Below are positions 59,241 through 64,000 of a DNA stretch of 64,000 bases, one piece after another. Every line of letters begins with the position of its first letter. Position 1 is the stretch's first letter. The notes under the pieces were generated by a model. It ran no database searches, was not told the origin of the DNA, and was given only the letters and a program-made list of their open reading frames with translations. The position numbers and the translations under genes are program-made. The stretch is from an uncultured Clostridia bacterium (GTDB lineage: Bacteria; Bacillota; Clostridia; Christensenellales; CAG-917), in the NCBI GenBank assembly GCA_944363035.1, contig CALVTS010000005.1, positions 12,016 to 76,015 of the forward strand, written 5' to 3'.

Positions 59241-59381
59241 ACGCATATTTTAACACACTTGTCCGTGAAAACAAGCCGTTTTCTCCTTAATCGAAAGTCG
59301 AACCTGCGCCGTTCGGCGCCTCAATTGCCTCTAAGTCACACCGCACAAAAGCATCGAAAGATGTATGAAACGCCCGACGGG

Positions 59382-60482
59382 CTATTGCCGCACCAGATGG
59401 AACACATCCAAAAATACGGCGAGCACGATTATCAGGAGCATACCTACGGTGTGTATCACCGCCTCCACCTTTCTCGGGACGGGTTTTCGGAATATCATCT
59501 CGATGAGCGTAAATATCATGCGCGAGCCGTCCAAAGCCGGTATTGGCAAAAGGTTCATGACCGCGAGGTTCGCCGAAATTATCGCCACAACATAAAGGAA
59601 ATTCCCGAAGCCCGAGGAGCTCACCTCGGCAATGGTGGTGATGACTGTGATGGTGCCTCCCGCCGCTTCCAGCCCTATCTGTCCCGTAATGAGCGCGCCG
59701 AGGGAGGCGAGTATTTTGAACACTATGAAGAAGCTGAACCCGAAAGACCTGCCGAAGGCGCGGAAGAAGCCGAGTTTCACGCTCTCCACGCCGTAGACGA
59801 TGCCCGCTCCCGTCCTCTCGGGGCTTTCTCCCTCTTCGAGATACTTGTCGTCGAGGACGTAATTCCCCACCGACAAGGTGACTGTCATCGACTTCCCGTC
59901 CCGCAGTATTTTGAGCTTCGTCCCATCTTTCACGTCGTCGAACACCGCCGTGACGTCCTCATTGGTCATGATGTTTATTTGAAGTCCGTCTTTTGCAAGG
60001 ATGACGTCCCCCTTTTGAAGGACGTTCTCCACGCCGTCTACGGCATAGGCGTCCGCCACCACGGGCAATATCTGACCGTAAGCGGTAAAATATATCGTGA
60101 TGATGAATATCGCGGTCAAAAAGTTGAAAAACGCGCCGGAGAAAAGGACTATCAGCCTCTTCCAAGGCTTCTGGCGGTTGTACGCGCCCTCATCCTCAGC
60201 GCCCTCGCTCTCCTCGTCGTCGCCGTGAAAGGCGCAGAATCCCCCGAGCGGAAGAGGACGCAGGGTGAAAAGTTCACCCGTCTTTTTGTTGCGTTTCTTC
60301 AATATCGGGGGGCCGAAACCTATGCCGAATTCGTCTATCCTGAACCCGAGCGCCTTCCCCGCCAGATAGTGACCGAGCTCATGTATCACTATCATGATCA
60401 TGAGCGCGACCAATGCCAGCAGGATATAGCCTATATATGTGAAAACTTCACTTGCCGTGGCGGACGTCAGCGAAAGGATCAC
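59382..60482 (-). CDS. rseP: RIP metalloprotease RseP/RasP (M50)
   Basis: HELGH, PLGGF, NLLPIPALDG. Confidence 0.95.
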   Translation of the reverse strand: MILSLTSATASEVFTYIGYILLALVALMIMIVIHELGHYLAGKALGFRIDEFGIGFGPPILKKRNKKTGELFTLRPLPLGGFCAFHGDDEESEGAEDEGAYNRQKPWKRLIVLFSGAFFNFLTAIFIITIYFTAYGQILPVVADAYAVDGVENVLQKGDVILAKDGLQINIMTNEDVTAVFDDVKDGTKLKILRDGKSMTVTLSVGNYVLDDKYLEEGESPERTGAGIVYGVESVKLGFFRAFGRSFGFSFFIVFKILASLGALITGQIGLEAAGGTITVITTIAEVSSSGFGNFLYVVAIISANLAVMNLLPIPALDGSRMIFTLIEMIFRKPVPRKVEAVIHTVGMLLIIVLAVFLDVFHLVRQ

Positions 60483-60483
60483 T

Positions 60484-61650
60484 TCATTTCACTCCTATGG
60501 AATAAGTGTATTTCCGAGCCTCCGCGTCTATACCGATGATATCCTCGAGAGCGACGTCTCCCACCGTCGCAAACTTCTTTTCCACCTTTCTCAAAACGGC
60601 GGCGATGTCCGAAAAACCTATCGTCCCCGCGAGGAAAGCCTCCACCACCACCTCGTCTGCGGCGGACACCGCGATGCACGCTCCCTCCCCCGCTCTCGCC
60701 GCACGCATGGCGACGTCCAGGCAGGGATACCTTTGAAGATCGGGCGCGCCGAATTCCAGACTACCTATCTTTGCAAGGTCGAGGTCGGGCACCGATCCCT
60801 TGGCTCTTTCGGGATAAAAGAGCGCGGTCTCTATCGCGAGCGCCATATCGGGGACGCTGAGCAACGCTTTCACGCTCCCGTCCGAAAACTCCGCCATGCC
60901 GTGTATCACGCTCTCGCGATGCATGAGCACTTTCACGTTGTCCGCGCCCATGCCGAAGAGGCGCATGGCTTCGATGACCTCCAACCCCTTGTTGAAAAGG
61001 GTCGCGGAATCTATCGTGACCTTTTTGCCCATATTCCATACGGGATGGTTCAAAGCTTCGCGCGCCGTGACCTTGGCGAGCTTTTCCGTCGGCATATCGC
61101 GAAGCGCTCCGCCGCTTGCGGTGAGGATGATATTCTTGACATACTTCCCGTCCTCGCCTTTCAGGCACTCCCATATCGCGGAGTGCTCGGTGTCGAGGGG
61201 AAGTATCCTGCCGCCGTACTTCTTTTCGAGGGCTTTGAGGTGTCTGCCCGCGCAGACGATCGTCTCCTTATTCGCGATGGCGAGCGTCCCGCCTCGTTTC
61301 AGGACGGCGACAGCCGCCCATAATCCCGCTATCCCGCTCACCGCCGAGACGGTGATGTCGGCGGGATGATCCGCGAGCTCTTCGAGACTGCCCACGCACT
61401 TGGATGCGAATTTCTCATCGTCAAGAAAGTCGAAGAGACTGCTCTGTATCTCCACTCCGCCGGCGGGATAGTAGTAATGTTTGGGGGAATATTTGTCAAT
61501 CTGCTCTCTGAGGAGCCTTTCGTTGGTGAAAGCGGAAAGCCCGACCACCTTGAATCGGTCGGGATGGCGATCCACCGCCGCCAGCACCTGTCTGCCCACC
61601 GAGCCCGTACTGCCAAGCACCGTGAGCGTCACATATTTCTTTTCAGCCAT
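60484..61650 (-). CDS. dxr: 1-deoxy-D-xylulose-5-phosphate reductoisomerase
   Basis: LGSTGSVG, ANKE, D.EHSAI, TASGG, HP.W.MG.K.TIDSAT..NKGLE. Confidence 0.96.
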   Translation of the reverse strand: MAEKKYVTLTVLGSTGSVGRQVLAAVDRHPDRFKVVGLSAFTNERLLREQIDKYSPKHYYYPAGGVEIQSSLFDFLDDEKFASKCVGSLEELADHPADITVSAVSGIAGLWAAVAVLKRGGTLAIANKETIVCAGRHLKALEKKYGGRILPLDTEHSAIWECLKGEDGKYVKNIILTASGGALRDMPTEKLAKVTAREALNHPVWNMGKKVTIDSATLFNKGLEVIEAMRLFGMGADNVKVLMHRESVIHGMAEFSDGSVKALLSVPDMALAIETALFYPERAKGSVPDLDLAKIGSLEFGAPDLQRYPCLDVAMRAARAGEGACIAVSAADEVVVEAFLAGTIGFSDIAAVLRKVEKKFATVGDVALEDIIGIDAEARKYTYSIGVK

Positions 61651-61674
61651 TTCAACTCCGCACTCGACCGACGC

Positions 61675-62553
61675 TCACACGCCGTAGATGATAGTGAACG
61701 CGACCAACAACACGACTATGCCGGACATTATGCTGTCAAAGCGGTCCATGACGCCGCCGTGTCCCGGGAATATCCTGCCGAAGTCCTTGACTCCCATGGC
61801 GCGTTTTATGCGGGAGGCGGCGAGGTCGCCGAGCTGTCCCGCGAGAGCGCCCACGAGCCCTATCGCAAGGTAGATGAGCGCAGATTTCCAAGTCTCGTCC
61901 GCAAACGGGACGTATCCCGCCCTCGGGAATAGGTCGAACTGCTCAAAGAGCAGGAACATGATGACAGCCACCAGCATCCCGCCGAAAAGTCCGCCGACAA
62001 AGCCCGCCACAGTCTTCTTGGGACTGATGGAGGGACAGAGCTTCTTGCCGCCTATCATGCTCCCGAACCAATACGCGAAGGTGTCCGCCCCAACGGGCAT
62101 GAATATCGCGAACGGGATGGCGTATACGGCGGAATAGCGTTGCACCAGCATCCACGCAAGGGAGATGAGTATCCCGGGATACACCGCGACGAACACGGTG
62201 GCGAAGAGGTCCTTTGCCGTATTGCGCTCGGGATCCGCAAAGGTGAAGATGACGAGAGCAACGAGCATGGACACCGAAAAACTCAGGAGTATCCCGAGAA
62301 AGCCCTCCCCGAGGAAGTGCTCCATGAGATACATCACGGGATAGCAGGTGAGCAAAAACACCGCAAGCGGCACTCTGAACACCTTGAACCCCGCCTTTTG
62401 CATACAGAAATACATCTCCCTGACCGCTCCGACCAGCAAGATCCAGATGAAGAGGTCGAGAAATACGTTTCCGTGCTCCACGAAATAGCTCAGGGCGAAG
62501 AGCCCGACAAGCAAAGCGATGAGAAGTATTGCCGTAACGGTACGTTTAAGCAT
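61675..62553 (-). CDS. cdsA: Phosphatidate cytidylyltransferase
   Basis: SISPKKT..G, GDLAAS.IKR..GVKDFG...PGHGGVMDRFDS. Confidence 0.96.
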   Translation of the reverse strand: MLKRTVTAILLIALLVGLFALSYFVEHGNVFLDLFIWILLVGAVREMYFCMQKAGFKVFRVPLAVFLLTCYPVMYLMEHFLGEGFLGILLSFSVSMLVALVIFTFADPERNTAKDLFATVFVAVYPGILISLAWMLVQRYSAVYAIPFAIFMPVGADTFAYWFGSMIGGKKLCPSISPKKTVAGFVGGLFGGMLVAVIMFLLFEQFDLFPRAGYVPFADETWKSALIYLAIGLVGALAGQLGDLAASRIKRAMGVKDFGRIFPGHGGVMDRFDSIMSGIVVLLVAFTIIYGV

Positions 62554-62562
62554 AAGCGGTGT

Positions 62563-63216
62563 TCATGCGCCGAATTTGCGCGTGCGCCGAGCGAACTCCC
62601 CCAGCGCGTCGTCCACGTCCTCCTCCGTCATATCCGGCCAGAGCGCGTCCGTGAAATACAGTTCGGAGTAAGCGGCTTCGTAGAGCATGAAGCCGCTTAG
62701 CCTCTTTTCTCCCCCGCTCCTGACGATCAAGTCGAGAGGGGGAAGTCCTGCCGATGAAAGACAGTTCTCAAATGAGGCAGAGTCTATCTCGCCTTTCGCG
62801 GCGGCGCGGCGGGCGGCGTTGACGATGTCCTCGCGCCCTCCGTATCCGAGAGCGATGTTGAGCCTGAGCCCCTCGTTTTCCGCAGTACGCCCGACTACGA
62901 GTGCGACGCTCTCCCTCAACCTCTCCGAAAAGCGGGAAAGCTCCCCCATATAGGTCACTTTCCACCCTCCGTCATAGGAGCGGTTCCATCTTTCCACCAC
63001 GTCGGCGATCGCGGAGCTCTCCTCTTCGGGACGCGCGAAATTTTCGGAGGAGAAGGCGTAGACCGTAGCGACCCTCACCCCTCTTTCCTCCGTGCGTCGG
63101 AGCACTCTCAACATGGCTTTCAAGCCCTCGGCATACCCTGCGGAACGCGGGAGCCCCCGCCTTTCAGCCCATCTGCCGTTGCCGTCCATGATGTATCCGA
63201 CGTGCGCGGGTATCAT
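62563..63216 (-). CDS. uppS: Undecaprenyl diphosphate synthase
   Basis: IMDGNGRWA, YAFSSENF.RP, DLIVRSGGEKRLS.F. Confidence 0.94.
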   Translation of the reverse strand: MIPAHVGYIMDGNGRWAERRGLPRSAGYAEGLKAMLRVLRRTEERGVRVATVYAFSSENFARPEEESSAIADVVERWNRSYDGGWKVTYMGELSRFSERLRESVALVVGRTAENEGLRLNIALGYGGREDIVNAARRAAAKGEIDSASFENCLSSAGLPPLDLIVRSGGEKRLSGFMLYEAAYSELYFTDALWPDMTEEDVDDALGEFARRTRKFGA

Positions 63217-63791
63217 CAGACGGCGAGGATCTCCTGTTCCTTGTCCTTGGTGAGCTTGTCCACGTCCTCTATCTCGGAAGAGAGGGCTTTGTCCACGTCG
63301 GCGGTGAAGTCTTTGAGGTCGTCCTCGGTTATCTCGGAATCCTTTTCCAGCTTTTTGAGGGCGTCGATGGCGTCTCTGCGCGCGTTGCGGAGCACTATCT
63401 TGGTGTTTTCCGCATTGGTCTTGAGCTCCTTGACGAGGGACTTCCTGCGCTCCTCGGTGAGCTCGGGAAAGACGAGTCGGATGACGTTGCCGTCATTGTT
63501 TGGCGTGATGCCGATGTTGGCGGCAAGGATGGCTTTTTCCACGTTTTTGAGAGCGCTCTTGTCCCACACCGAGATGACGAGCAGACGCGCTTCGGGCACG
63601 GTGATGTTCGCCATATTGTTGATGGGAGTGGGCGTGCCGTAGTAATCGACGGTGATCTTGTCGAGGATGTGGGGATTGGCGCGTCCCGCACGCATACTCT
63701 TCATTTCCGTGGAGAAATTGTGCACGGTCTTGGAAAATTTTTCTTTCATTTCCTCGAAAACGAGGTCAACGGAATCTATTCCGTATGCCAT
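63216..63791 (-). CDS. frr: Ribosome recycling factor
   Basis: RAGRANP, VDYYG.PTP, NDG..IRL.FPELTEERRK, RNARRD. Confidence 0.98.
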   Translation of the reverse strand: MAYGIDSVDLVFEEMKEKFSKTVHNFSTEMKSMRAGRANPHILDKITVDYYGTPTPINNMANITVPEARLLVISVWDKSALKNVEKAILAANIGITPNNDGNVIRLVFPELTEERRKSLVKELKTNAENTKIVLRNARRDAIDALKKLEKDSEITEDDLKDFTADVDKALSSEIEDVDKLTKDKEQEILAV

Positions 63792-63822
63792 ATTGAGCCT
63801 CCGTAAGTAAGATTATATAAAG

Positions 63823-63851
63823 ATTATACCAAACGCGCGCGTATAAATCAA
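63823..63851 (-). promoter_or_regulatory. Sigma-A promoter of frr
   Basis: TTGATT-17 nt-TATAAT with TG extension, followed by GGAGG RBS. Confidence 0.7.
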
Positions 63852-64000
63852 TACGAAAATGAAGAGGAACGCGCTTATGCGGCGCGTTCCCTCCGAAATT
63901 TCGCGACTTTCGGTGCCGACAGCCCGAAATGCGCTCTTGAAGCGCGAAGTCGAAGCGTGCCCCCACACGCGAGGTCGGCTCACTTACCGATGTAAGTGCC

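Noticed and set aside
63792-64000. Loss of pyrH upstream of frr
   Set aside because: Only 209 nt are visible before the window edge, so this cannot be judged.

Overview
GC-rich chromosome segment of a spore-forming Bacillota (Clostridia-like, judging from spoIIAA-AB-sigF, spoVAC-D-E, yunB and the gene order). The left third is accessory. It holds a RyR-motif protein, a divergent membrane protein with a degenerate signal-peptidase-like domain plus a YjbR-like domain, and a type IV pilus locus (pilC-M-N-O, a 1155-aa pilin-like adhesin, two minor pilins, pilD, pilB, three tandem pilins, no pilT). After that comes a small AT-rich islet (KilA-N pseudogene, XRE gene, NDT/TIR-like putative defence gene, membrane protein) that abuts an array of highly structured repeats built on copies of the tRNA-Tyr 3' end, followed by a six-tRNA operon. 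The rest is mostly core: spoIIA/spoVA, pheST, mutS2, nifZ-thiI, a class A PBP, miaB-mutS-mutL-miaA-ynbB, and on the minus strand frr-uppS-cdsA-dxr-rseP-ispG-(polC remnant)-rimP-nusA-ylxR-ylxQ-infB-rbfA-nrnA-truB-ribF-nfo. The most unusual signals are the tRNA-Tyr-anchored structured repeat array with compensatory base changes, a polymerase-less PolC at the normal polC position, mosaic pilin/adhesin genes, a MITE-like element captured by the PBP gene, and a ~52-bp satellite with higher-order structure. All family calls come from motif recognition by eye; no searches were run.
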